This document shows positions 25,306 to 38,482 of a stretch of DNA of 64,000 bases, one piece after another (position 1 is the first letter of the stretch; each line of letters starts with the position of its first letter). The notes beneath the pieces are model-generated. The model ran no database searches, had not been told where the DNA came from, and saw nothing but the letters and a program-made list of their open reading frames with translations. The DNA is from Eledone cirrhosa. Its lineage: Eukaryota. Made by a program: the position numbers and the translations under genes. Where the stretch lies: contig OZ024743.1 of NCBI GenBank assembly GCA_964016885.1, positions 109,182,001-109,246,000 of the forward strand, given 5' to 3'.

Positions 25306-27868
25306 TCTGTCTCTCTCTTTCTCGTAATTTCAAGTACATTTTTGACCGGCCACCCTCCTGGTACGATGGTTGTAAAAGAGAAGAAATTGTCATCCCTTGA
25401 ATCGCAAGAAAATTCTGCAAATTTTGGAGGTACCAGCTATCGCAGCCATGTGGAACCTATGAATCAGGGAGCTGCGTTCTTTGTCCACAAATCCAAGTTC
25501 AGCTATACTTTGGTCCAAGCAGGTTGGTATGTAACATGTAGCTCTAATTATGATTGGTATGAAGATGAAAGTGTATCTTAGATACTGGATCTGCAAACTC
25601 CACATCAATGGCTGGTATATGTCCTCCTTCTTTTGTAATTTTCTTACAACGTTGACATCAAGTAGGCAGCTGATCTCTACAACAGAGCACGTTTTCAATG
25701 TGTGGTCCCCAAAAACAATACCAGGCCGGTTGTGCTTTAATTTGATGGTAGTTTTTATTTTCATGTTCCACCGGTATTCTTTAGTGCCATCTATCTCAAC
25801 ATATTCCTCCTCATTTGTTTTTAATTTTATTTTCCTAAGTGCGCTCCAGATGGTTCTAGCTATCATATCATATCTCATAGAGAGGTAGTAGCGAGACCAC
25901 ATTATTTCGACGTTGGCAACAATGTGGCTAACATCTTCGGTCTTTGTTTTACATAGCCTACATTTATTGTCGACTGATGGCCCTCCTCTTTTGCGTAGCA
26001 GATATTTGGTAGGGATTTCTTGTTCCTGAATTGCATAGAGATATCGTTCAAGGTGGGATGTCATACACTTGTCGAACTTCATGCCAGGCTTTTTAAATGA
26101 TTTATCCCGTCTATGATCTGTGCTTTTCATCTCAGGTATCCATGCACAACTTTCTCTATGGATTTGTCAATGTTTCCATCTCGTTGGAAAATTGAACAAG
26201 GCTTTATTCCCTATCCCTCCTCCAAATCAGTGGCTATCCTAATGATATTATTTCCTTCATGTCATAGACTTGGGAAAAATGGTTGCTGACCTTTTTCTTC
26301 TGTTGAAGATGTTGCTTCAGTGTTACTATTCGGGTCTCGTATGATGTTAATATGGATTTTAGACCCCGGCTACATTCTTTGCATGAGAAGTATAGCCTAT
26401 TCAGATCACCATTGATGTTAAAGTTTCCAGTAACACTGCGAAGCTTGCGAGTTCTTACATCCATCTCACTTATTTCTTGCAATGACCAGTTCAGCAAGCT
26501 AAATGTTGGCGTTAACTATTGGCACAGCATAAGTATTGTGAGCAATATATAGTTATGATAACCATATTGTTTTACTCTCCTGTGGTATTCAATTCTGGAT
26601 CTCTCCTTACTTATGGGAACATCATATCTGACAATCTCATTCTGTCTAAGATATATGACTGTACACGTTGTATTGTCAAGCCGTTCATCTCTAGATTTCC
26701 AGAGAAGGGCACAACCCTTCCACGTTTTACTGTCAAATATGCCGTGTATGTGCTATTGACTTATATTTTAGTCTTTCTGCTGCAGCTGTGAGTTGGTTTT
26801 TCAACTGGTGTAGTTTGGAGTTTAGAGTGTTAAAGCTTGTATCTCCAAATCGCCTACCTAGTTTCTTCTTACGTCTTCCTGATGTCGTGTGAAGTTGCTC
26901 TCTATGTTACATTTTATAACTACAGTGGTCTGTGCGATACTTCCTCTCAGGGACAAAAGTTTGTTTTTAAATTACGCATCCACGCTGATTCAAGCTTTCT
27001 GTTTGTATCTTGGTTACGTGGTTTTAATTGTTTATGATGGGATAGCAATGTGAAAGCTGAAACATAACAAAATATTAAGCAATGTATATGTCATTTCCAC
27101 GCCATTGGATAATGTTCAGATATTTCGCCTACTGCTTCCAATTCCAATTTAGTGGGCTGTTTACTGTTGCTTGTGTTGTATGGTTTGTTACTCACATTAA
27201 GGCTGTGTATCTCTTGAAACATCGTGCCATATCACTTGTAATGTGTCCACAAATTTTTGGTGTCCTTATGAATTATGGATTTCAGCTATATTGTTTGTCT
27301 GATATCCATTGCTAGATTCAGACGACCATTCTCTCTGTTCATCAGTGGAAGTGGGGTGGATGTCAGCTACGTTGTTGGTGAGCTGTTTACTCCTAGATTT
27401 AGCTGACCATTCTCACTGTCTGTCAATGGAAGTGGAATGATTGTCGTCAATAGTGTCACTCAGTTCCATTAGATGTATCAATTTACATCTAATGATACGT
27501 TTTCCATGTTCATTTAAATGTTTTGGGGAAAAGACGAATTCAGGGTGTTTGGGGTTCCACACAGTGTTTAGCCTCTGCATAAAGCCGAACATTTGGGCGT
27601 CTAATTATTTGTATGCTTCATATAAATCTTTGTTGATGTTGTAACTCCATTGCGTACAATGGTTGTTTTTGCGATTTAGTCGAAGGAGATGTATACGTTT
27701 CACGGTGATCACTTCGTCTATTCATTTAGCATTTATTTAGCATTTATTTTTCAAAATACACGATGATCTTCTTTTAAAGTTTCGACAAAGTTTTGTCATA
27801 ATTAAATTTAAAGTTGTTCAAAGCTTGGGTAATACTTCCTCTCAGCTACTTTTACATTCTACAATTAG
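25306..27868 (-). mobile_element. R4/Dong-like RLE LINE, copy A (most decayed, RT core deleted near 26742)
   Basis: ORF 25390-26130 has CRLC..HIV, HNRPG, VVEISC; collinear with 30275-34010 except for a large deletion. Confidence 0.88.
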
Positions 27869-27977
27869 TTATGTATGTATAAATGTATGTATTTATGTAT
27901 GTATGTATGTATGTATGTATGTATGTATGTATGTATGTATATATGTATGTCTCTATCTATGTGTATGTGTATATATG

Positions 27978-30252
27978 TTATCTCTTTCTCTTAAATTCGA
28001 GTATATTTTTTTGACCGGCCACCTTCCTGGTGGCAAGGTTGTAAAAGAAAAGAAATTGTCATCCCTTGAATCGCAAGAATATTTTGCAAATGTTGAAGGT
28101 GCCAGCTATCGCAGCCATTTGTAGACCATGAATTAGGGAGCTGCGCTCATTGTACGCAAATCCAAGTTCAGTCATACTTTGGTCCAAGCGGGTTGGTATA
28201 TAATCCGTAGCTCCAATAATGATGGGTATGAAGCTAAAGGTGTATCTTGGATACTGAATTTGTAAACTCTCCATCAACGGTCCGTAGATGTCCTCCTTAT
28301 CTTGTATTTTTCTGACAACGTTTACATCATGTGGGCAGCTGATCTCCACAACAGAACACGTTTTCAAAGTGTGGTCCAAAACAACAATACCAGGCCGGTT
28401 GTGCTTTAATTTGGTGGCAGCTTTTATTGTCAGGTTCCACCAGTATTCCTTAGTGCCATCTGTCTCAATATATTATTCCTCATTTGCTGTTAATTTTTTT
28501 TCCGAGGTGCGTTCCAGATGGTTCTAGCTATCCCATCGTGTCTCATGGGGAGGTAGTAGCGAGATGACATTCTTTCGCAGCTGGCAACAATGTGGCTTAC
28601 ATCCTCGATCTTTGTTTTACATAGCCTACATTTATTGTCAGCTGATGGCCCTCACCTTTTGTGCAGCAGATATTTGGTAGAGAGTTCTTGTTCCTGTATT
28701 GCATAGAGATATCCCTGAAGGTGTGATGTCATAAACTTGTCGGAACTCCATGCCAGGCTTTTTGAGTGGTTTATTCCCTCTATAGTCTGTGTTTTACGTC
28801 TGACGTATCCATGCTCAACTTTTTCTGTAAATTGGTCAATTTGTTCATCTTGTTTGAACATTGAATAGGATTTTCCGATTTCTCTCGGTGAGAGATTTAT
28901 ATCAGGCTTTATTCCACATATCTCCTCCAGATCAGTGGCTATTTTAATGATATTTTTGTTTCATGCTCATAAACCTGGGCAAGATGGTTGCCAACCTTTT
29001 TCCTTTGTTGCTTCAGTGTTACTATCCGGGTCTCATATGATGTTAATATGGATTTTAGACCCTAACCACCTTCCTCGCGTGAGAAGTATAGCCTATCCAC
29101 ATCACCATTGACGTTAAAGTTCCCAGTAACACGGAGAAGTTTGCGAGTTCTAACATCCATCTCACTTAGTTCTTGCAATGACCAGTTCAGCAGGCTAAAT
29201 GTTGGCGTTAGAATTGGCACAGCGTAAGTATTGTGGGCAATGTATTTATTATACGCTGACAGTTCTGATGACCATATTTTCTTTACTCATCTGAGGTATT
29301 CAGTTCTGGTTCTCTCCTTATGTATGGGTCCATCCTATCTGACATTCTCATCCTGTCCAATATATCTGTAGTTGTCACCTGACTGTAGAGGTTGTATTGT
29401 CAGGCCGTTCATCTCTAGATTCTACAGGGGGACACAGCTCTTGCACGTTTTACTGTCAAATATGCACATTTAGACTCACCAAATTCCATGTTGATGTCTG
29501 TTGAAAATCGTGGAATGAGGTCCAATTGTTTCTTGATCTCATTGATATTTGGCCCATACAACTTCAGGTCATCAACAAAGAAAAGATGGGAGATACTTCT
29601 GGACCCACTTTTTTGTCCACCTTGTTTCCTGAGTAGGTAAGATAGTGGATTTAGTGAGAGAACGAAGAGTAGCACTGGCAAGCTATCACCCTGAAATATG
29701 CCCCTCTGGTAATGTATCTTATCAGTCTTAACTTGCTCCTTCTCACCTCTAAGGATCAAATTGGTGAACCAGTTCTTGGCAGACGTTCTACAGCAGCTAC
29801 CAGTGGTTGTGGGACTTTGGCTAACTGTAAAGCCTTAACAATCCACCCATGAGGTACACTATCACATGCTTTTTGATAGTCCAGCCACACCACAGTCATA
29901 TTTCTGCGATTCTATGTTGTTTTTTTCTTGCATCATTTTATTAGTTAGTAGGTGATCTATGCAACCCCACACTATCCCTATTTTCACCAGCTTGCTCATG
30001 TGTTATGATGTTGTTGGTAGCACAGTGATCCTGTAAGAACAGGTTAAGGCACCCAGTATATAATTTATACATGATGTTTTGGCAGGCTATTGGGCGGTAA
30101 TTTTTAGCAAGGGTGGTTTGGCTATTTTGGGGAATGAGGAGAGTAGTGGCAGTTGATAATCATCTGGGCAGTTCTTGTGTGCCTTTAATGGTTTTTGTAA
30201 ACAGCTGTATGAGATCTTGCCGATAGAAAGTGAAATTCTTCAACCAGTATCC
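27978..30252 (-). mobile_element. R4/Dong-like RLE LINE, copy B (5'-truncated, frameshifted)
   Basis: GIFQGDSL, HLFFVDDLKLY and RLE pieces; collinear with 30275-32556; bounded by (TATG)n. Confidence 0.9.
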
Positions 30253-30274
30253 TGTATGTATGTATGTATGTATG

Positions 30275-33200
30275 TTTTCTCTTTCTCTTAATTTCGAGTA
30301 TATTTGTTTGACCGGCCACCTTCCTGGTGGCAAGGTTGTAAAAGAAAAGAAATTGTCATCCCTTGAATCGCAAGAATGTTTTGCATATTTTGAAGGTGCC
30401 AGCTATCGCAGCCATTTGTAGACCATGAATTAGGGAGCTGCGCTTTTTGTCCGCAAATCCAAGTTCGGTCATACTTTGGTCCAAGCGGGTTGGTATATAA
30501 CCCGTAGCACCAATAATGATGGGTATGAAGCTAAAGGTGTATCTTGGATACTGGATTTGTAAGCTCCTCATCAATGGTCCGTAGATGTCCTCCTTCTCCT
30601 GTATTTTTCTGACAACGTTTACATCAAGTGGGCAGCTGATCTCCACAACAGAACACGTTTTCAATGTGTGGTCCCAAACTACAATATCAGGCCGGTTGTG
30701 CTTTAATTTGGTGGCAGTTTTTATTTTCAGGTTCCACCAGTATTCCTTAGTGCCATCTGTCTCAATATATTCTTCCTCGTTTGTTGTTAATTTTGTTTTC
30801 CGAAGTGCGTTCCAGATAGTTCTAGCTATCCCATCGTGTCTCATGGGGAGGTAGTAGCGAGATGACATTCTTTCGCAGCTGGCAACAATGTGGCTTACAT
30901 CCTCGATCTTTGTTTTACATAGCCTACATTTATTGTCAGCTGCTGGCCCTCCTCTTTTGTGCAGCAGATATTTGGTAGGGAGTTCTTGTTCCTGTATTTC
31001 ATAGAGATATCCCTCAAGGTGTGATGTCATAAACTTTTCGGAACTCCATGCCAGGCTTTTTGAGTGGTTTATCCCCTCTATGGTCTGTGTTTTACGCCTC
31101 AAGTATCCATGCACAACTTTCTCTGTAAATTGGTCAATTTTTTGTTCTTGTTTGAACATTGAATAGGATCTTCCGATTTCTCTGGGTGATAGATTTATAT
31201 CAGGCTTTATTCCATATCTCTCCTCCAGATCAGTCGCTATTCTAATGATATTTCTTTTTTCATGCTCATAAACCTGAGCAAGATGGTCACCAACCTTTTT
31301 CCTCTGTTGAAGGTGTTGCTTCAGTGTTACTATCCGGGTCTCATATGTTGTTAATATTGATTTTAGACCCCGGCCACCTTCCTTGCGTGAGAAGTATAGC
31401 CTATCCACATCACCATTGATGTTAAAGTTCCCAGTAACACTGAGAAGTTTTCGAGTTCTAACATCCATCTCACTTAGTTCTTGCAATGACCAGTTCAGTA
31501 GGCCAAATGTTGGCGTTAGAATTGGCACAGCATAGGTATTGTGGTCAATGTATTTGTTGTATGCTGACAGTTCTGATGACCATATTTTTTTTACTCTTCT
31601 GAGGTATTCAGTTCTGGTTCTCTCCTTATTTATGGGTCCATCATATCTGACATTCTCATCCTGTCCAAGATATCTGTAGTTGTCACCTGACTGCAGAGGT
31701 TGTATTGTCAGGCCGTTCATATCTAGATTTCTAGAGGAGGGCACAGCTCTTGCACGTTTTACTGCAAAATATGCACATTTGGACTCACCGAATTTCATTT
31801 TGATGTCGGTTGAAAATTGTGTAATGAGGTCCAATTGTTTCTTGATCTCATTGATATTTGGCCCATACAACTTCAGGTCATCAACAAAGAAAAGATGGGA
31901 GATACTTCTGGGCCCACTTCTTTGTCCACCTTGTTTCCTGAGTAGGTAATATAGTGGATTCAGTGAGAGAACGAAGAGTAGTACTGACAAGCTATCACCC
32001 TGAAAGATGCCCTTCTGGTAATGTATCCTATCAGTCTTAACCTGCTCCTTCTCACCTCTAAGGATCAAATTGGTGTACCAGTTCTTGGTCAGGCGTTCAA
32101 CAGCAGCTACTAATGGTTGTGGGACTTTAGCTAACTGTAAAGCCTTAATAATCCACCCATGAGGTACACTATCAAATGCTTTTTGATAGTCCAGCCACAC
32201 GACAGTCATGTTTCTGCGATTCTTTGTTGTTTTTTCCTGAATCATTTTGTTAGTTAGTAGGTGATCTATGCAACCCCACACCTCCCTCTTTCCACCAGCT
32301 TGCTCAGGTGTTATGTTGGTAGCACAGTGATCCTGTAAGAACAGGTTAAGGCACCCAGTATATAATTTATACATGATGTTTTGGCAGGCAATTGGGCGGT
32401 AATTTTTAGCAAGGGTGGTTTGGCTATTTTTGGGAATGAGGAGAGTAGTGGCAGTTGATAACCATCTGGGCAGTTCTTGTGTGCCCTTAATGGTTTCTGT
32501 AAACAGCCGTATGAGATCTTGCCGATAGAAAGTGAAATTCTTCAACCAGTATCCTGTAATGAGGTCTGGGCCTGGCGATTTCCTATTCGACATTTTCTGT
32601 AGAGCTGTTTCCAGTATTGACCCATCTATGTCATATTGTTTTGTCTGGACATGTTGGCAGTAGTCCTGTTCCAGTTGTTTTAGCCAATTAGCTTGTCTGT
32701 TGAATCCGTCATCCGTTTCCCATACAGATCTCCAGTAGTTCTCAACCTGTTCTTTTGAAGGGGTGTCGTTTACAGGGATTGAGCTTTTGCCACCGAAGCT
32801 GCGATAAACTGATTTAGGATCTCTGGCAAACAATCTATTTAGCACTTGTCTTTTATGGGCTGTTGACTTATATTTTAGTCTTTCTGTTGTAGCTGTGAGT
32901 TGTTGTTTCAACTGGTGTAATTTGGAGTTCAAAGTTTTAAATTTGGTATCTCCAAATCGTCTCTCTAACTTTTTCTTTAGGTCTTCTTGGTGTCGTGTGA
33001 AGTTTCTCTCTATGTTGCATTTCATAACGACTGCGATGTGTGAGATACTTCATCTCAGGGACAAAATTTTGGTTTTTAAATTTCGCATCCACGCTGGTTC
33101 AGGCTTTCTGTTTGTATCTTGATTGCGTGGTTTTAGATGTGTGTTATATGATAGCAATGTGACAGCTGAAACATATAACAAAACATTGAGCGTTTCAAAT

Positions 33201-34489
33201 GTCGTTTCTACACCTTTAGATCGTATAGCCTTCAGATAATTGCCAGCTATTTCGTTCACCGCTTCCAATTCCAATTTAGTGGGTTCTTTACTGACTCTAG
33301 TGTTGTATGGTCTGTCACTCACATTAAGGCTGTGTATCTCTTGAAACATATCGTTCCATATCACTTGTAGGGTGCCCACAAGTTTTTGGTGCTCTGTTTG
33401 TTCAGTAGAGTCATGAATTGCAGCCTCGTTGTTGATGTGGTGACAATTACTACTAGAGTCAGCTGACCTTTCTCGCTGTTCTTCAGTGGAAGTGGGATGG
33501 ATTTCAGCAAAATTGTTGGTGAGCTGTTCACTGTTAGATTTAGCTGGCCATTCTCTTTGTCTGTCAGTGGAGGTGGGGTGGTTGTCTACAAGGGCTGTAT
33601 TTGTAGTATCACTCGATTCCGTTAGATGTATCAATTTACATCTAATGATACGTTTTGTCTGTTCATTTAGATGCTTTGGAGAAAAGTCTAATTCTGGGTG
33701 TTTGGAGTTCCATAAAGTTTTTAGCCTTTGCATAAAACCGAACTTTTGGGGTTCAGATTGTTTGTATGCTTCATATAATTCTTTGTTAAGCTCGTAGCTC
33801 CACTGTATACAACGGTTGTAATTGCGATTTGGTCGAAGGAGACTTGTACTTTTTGCCATGATGAGTTCGTCTATTCACTAATATTTTGTATTTATTTTTT
33901 TTAAATAGTCGATGATCTTCTTTAAAAGTTACGACAAAGTTCTGTCAGAATCAAATTTAAAGTTATTCACAGCTTGGGTAATATTTCTTTTCAGTTAGTT
34001 TTTAATTCTACAACTGTGTTTTAAACGTTGTTCTTGAATCGTTTGAATCGAGAACAAAAAGAACCGTTACTTAGTATATTCCTTTACGAATGTAATATAA
34101 TATAACAACGCTGTATTTATATGTTAAAGTTTATGTATCATTCATATAAATAGGTGTTCTACAACATATTCACAACATTCACAGTTCAAACACTTATATT
34201 TTTGTTTCTGAATCGAAAACGTTACTTATATATTTCTTTATAAATGTAATATAACAACGTTGCATTTATATGTTAAAGTATATGTATCGTTCATATATCA
34301 TAAGTGTATGTATCGTTCATATAAATAGGTGTTTTACAACACACTTACAGTTCAAACACTTATGTAGAATTATTGTATGTAATCTTACCGCGTAATGTAG
34401 CTCAACTTTTTCCAATATATGGTATGTTGCCTTCATGTAAGCCGTAATTACACACGTCCGATTATCGGACACTGACCACAACGGTCGCC

Positions 34490-34490
<1 letters not shown>
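30275..34490 (-). mobile_element. R4/Dong-like RLE LINE, copy C, apparently full-length
   Basis: About 630-bp 5' UTR, long ORF and short 3' UTR; (TATG)n on both sides. Confidence 0.92.
30356..33859 (-). pseudogene. Single ORF (RT, CCHC, restriction-like endonuclease) broken by one apparent 1-bp deletion near 33050
   Basis: The 269-aa and 889-aa ORFs join by a frameshift (copy A reads CTG AGA GGA AGT; copy C reads CTG AGA TG AGT). Motifs: KSPGPD, NYRPIAC, WLDYQKAFDSV, QGDSLS, FVDD, CRLC..H...C, RHD, RPDIVVWD, VVEISCP, KEDIY. Confidence 0.92.
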
Positions 34491-34520
<30 letters not shown>

Positions 34521-34625
34521 TGTATGTATGTATGTATGTATGTATGTATGTATGTATGTATGTATGTATGTATGTATGCAAGTATGTATGTATGTGTATA
34601 TATGTATGTATGTATGTATATATGT
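34491..34625. repeat. (TATG)n microsatellite, probable target of the R4-like LINE
   Basis: Directly visible; the same motif occurs at 27870-27975 and 30253-30274. Confidence 0.95.
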
Positions 34626-37613
34626 TCTTCTGGTTTTATAATTGTATAATTTGTTTACCAATTTGAGAGAGTCGGTTTCTAACAAAGACACCGACTCTCT
34701 GATTTATTGGAATTGAGACAACACCACCAAGGTAGATATGTATGCATATGTGCAGGCCTGGTTGTATGTGTGGATGTTTATGATTTTAGTCATATGTGTT
34801 CATGTGCATAGGTTTTGTATATGTGCATGTGTACATGCAGTTATTACATGCAGAATATTTTGAATGTTTTACACATTTTTACTGTTCAATTTATGGATGG
34901 AACTTGTAATTTTCTAACTAGTCGTGTTCTTTCTGGTTCTGTGAAAGCCAGCTTCTCGTATGTATGTACGTATGTATGCACGTACGTATGTAAGTATGTA
35001 TGTATGTATTTAAGTATGTATGTATTTGAGTATGCATGCATGTATATATATATATGTATGTATATATGTAAGTATATACATATATACGGCTCAGTAGTTA
35101 TCGATGATGTTGATCTATTCTTCTTTTCGGGTTATAGTTATTGTCGCTTAGAGAGTGGGATTGGCAGAGTATTTCCTCACGTTAAAAAAAATTTCACGCA
35201 CAGGCATTGCACGATAGTTTAATTTATGATTATTAATAATGTTATATCGTGCAATGCTCATACTCGATAAGGAGAGGGCAGCCATCATATTCTACGTATG
35301 CATGTAGGTTTGTAAATAAGAGATTAATTATGAATTGCTTTTTCTCTTCGTCTATGCAAAGATATATTTTAAAAAGTTTTTTCACAGTGAAAGCGAAATT
35401 ATTTTTTTTTTAGAAAGGCACCGCTAGCATATTGCGGATTATGTCTTACGATGTGTTGAATACTTACTATTAATGGTGCTAAAATCATGCTATATAATTT
35501 CTTTAATATTTTTACATTATAACGAAACAGACAAAGAAATAATGAATAAGTCTAATGTCTCTGCACAATTGGCTAATGTCCACCATCTTGTTTACCTCGA
35601 CAATAATATCCCCTGAAGAGCTAGATACATTTAGATCTAACTATACACATTCTAAATATGTATTATAGACCACGGTGTATGAAAATTTAGAATTATAGTA
35701 GTTATATAATTTTATATTGATGTTCTTGTTTAACTCTAAAGTTAACCGCTTTATTATCGACATGGTTCTGCTTATGTATGTAAGCTACCATTATTCTATA
35801 TCCATTTTCTTACATAATAGCCTGCCATGTATTTGTTACTTTTCAGCTTTATCTATCAAGTTGTACCATACAAAAGTTTTCCGCATAATTCTCTTGGTTC
35901 TGTGACCTTTTGAATGTGCACCGAAGACATATTTTCTCATTTGTTAAATAATAAATTCTGTTTCAACACTCCCTCTGGAAACACCAAAAGATTTAATGGA
36001 AGGAAGAATTTTATGTAAGGCAGCAACATACGTAAAACCCATAATTTACGTTTGCTTCGAAAAATTAACGACACTGCTGTTTGTGCCAATATAGTTTATG
36101 CCACAAGGCGAATGAGTGTCTGTTTTGCATGTAAAGAAAATATATTTTTACAATAAATTTTCCACTATTCGCTATCAACTTATCTTTCTTCGGTATATAT
36201 TCAAAGAGGATATTCATTGGGGTGAGGTAATAGTTTAATATTACATATACATATAATAGAAATAACATATGTGTACTCTATAAGGTTATTCTGGCGTAAA
36301 AACTGCTAGTTACTTATTTGCCATAAGGAATATATAAAATCTGAAAATTCATGCTCAACATGTTTTTCAGTTTGCAATTGTTATGCTTAATATTGAGCAA
36401 AATACTATATATTTAAATTGTTTCCATATAATATACTGTTACTGTAAATAACTGATAATGGGTTAAAAACTATAGAGTTTTACATTGAATCCAGCGCCCC
36501 AAACCAAACGCAATTAAGAAAACCTAAGAGTGACTCTCGAATTTTAAATTGCAAGCTGAGAAACCTATGCAATGTTCATAACATAGAGATAATCATTTCA
36601 CAGTATTTACTTGTAAATGCTTTGGAAATATATCTATGACACACCGTACCATCCACTGACACAATATACATAATTTAATGAGATATATTTTGGAAAAGCA
36701 AATATATAGTGTAGAATATATGTTGATAGACTGCATTAAATTGTAATTTGTTACCTGCCTTTTTAAATATCATTCTATATCATATCACTATGTTTTGACA
36801 TTGGTCTTCAGAAAGTATTGACTGCTTTACTTCCTTCATTAAACGTTGTCCTAAAAGTATGTTATTATATAAAGATAAAGAGTTTTAAATATATATATTA
36901 AAGGAATTTAAAGCATATACTGCGTTGTTTTACGTTTTATAGGCAGTTCGTTTGCAGGTCGATTGTACGTAATTAGATTACGCTCTTTAAGTGTAACATT
37001 TTAACTGATACAAGCTAACGACGGCTTTGTATATGATCATTCAGACAGTTAAATATAGCAGACATATTTTTATAATTCAATCAGAGACGTCTTAATAGAT
37101 ACAGGCAATTAATATAATGTAGATATCGGATAATAACACCACGCATCTGTCACTTACTTCTTTTCGGCGAAAGAAGGGAGAGAAGCTGACAGAAGAAGTA
37201 AGTGAAATAGTCACTACTTTAAAACTGATAGCGTATGCTTTTAATTAAACATACGGTATATTGCCATATATACTATACATACATTCATGTATACATCGGT
37301 ATTTCTGAGCACCAATCCTAATACCTAATTTTTGCTGGACGGGCAATCCCTCTGTATAATCAGCTCCTGATTATTACTGGAATTCTATAAGAATCCAGCT
37401 TCAATAATTTCCTGCGGAAGCAGAGGAGTACGTGGCTCTAAATGACCGCCAACCAGCATGAAACAGAATGTCGGCTTCCTCCCTTCTTTCGCAGAAAAGA
37501 AGTAAGTGACACTGTCACTAATTTAAAACTGATAGCGAAAGGTCTTCAAAATATTTTTAATTAAACATACAGTATATTGCCAAATATACTATACATACAT
37601 TCATATATATATA

Positions 37614-38482
37614 CGAGGTCTGTCAGAAAAGTTCCAGGACTGATGTCACAAAATATTTATTTCAAACCCAAACTCCACACTATGAGTTTTCTCCTTCAAA
37701 GTAATCCCCTAGAGTCTAATGCACTTGTCCATCCTTTTCTGACACGCTTGCATGCACTCCTGGAAGTATTCTTCCGGGATCCTCCGCGGTTCCGTCGTCA
37801 TGGCCTTTTTGATGTCGTTCACGTCTTCAAAATGGGTCTCCTCCGGTTCTTACTCGAAGATCCATCACCGGTGATGACTGTCCCTAGCAAGGCTGATTCG
37901 ATTTCAAGACACTCGAGGGTGTCCTGGCACACTTGCATGCGTCGACCTTTCTGGTCATCGTTCAGCAGTTTTGGCAACATCTTCGCGCAGATTTTCCGCA
38001 TGTCCAAATCTTCAGTGAGAATCTTCCAGACGCTGTCCCGATTCATGCCCAGCTCATTTGCCCTCAGTCGAACAGTCAGCCGACGATCGCTACGCACCAT
38101 CTACCTGACGTTGACCTCAGTCCTGGTATTTGAGGGCCTTCCGCTCCTTTAAACCTCTTGCATCACTCAAAAACACGTGAGCGTGACATCGTCTCATCTC
38201 CATACACTTGCTGCAGCAATCCCAGTGGTTCTGACGGACTTTTCCCCAACTGGACCAGAAACTTCAAGTTTGTTCGTTGCTCTCTGCTCATTGCTTGACG
38301 ACCTGAAACAGAGGACATGTATATAAAATTATGAAGAAAAAAGTTTGATCGCAGCAGAGAGCTAAGATTACAGTCACATTCTCCAAGGTGATTATTTTGG
38401 AGGAGAAAACTCTTCATGTGATGTTTGGGTTTGAAATAAATCTTTTGTGACATCAGACCTGGAACTTTTCTGACACACCTCG
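37614..38482 (-). mobile_element. Internally deleted mariner transposon
   Basis: About 90-bp TIRs (CGAGGTCTGTCAGAAAAGTTCCAGG... / ...CCTGGAACTTTTCTGACACACCTCG); TA on the left flank. Transposase remnants: MSREQRTNLKF..VYGDETMSRSRVFE and DRRLTVR..LDMRKICAKMLPKLL..ITGD. Confidence 0.92.

Noticed and set aside
34388-34456. Twister-like words (UAA-UGUA-GCU...UAAGC...UACA) on the plus strand
   Set aside because: The conserved 3' GAG/T1 segment is missing, and the strand is antisense to the LINE.
34666-34700. 11-bp inverted repeat AGAGAGTCGGT/ACCGACTCTCT
   Set aside because: It is an isolated hairpin with no supporting context; a bacterial terminator reading does not apply to this eukaryotic DNA.
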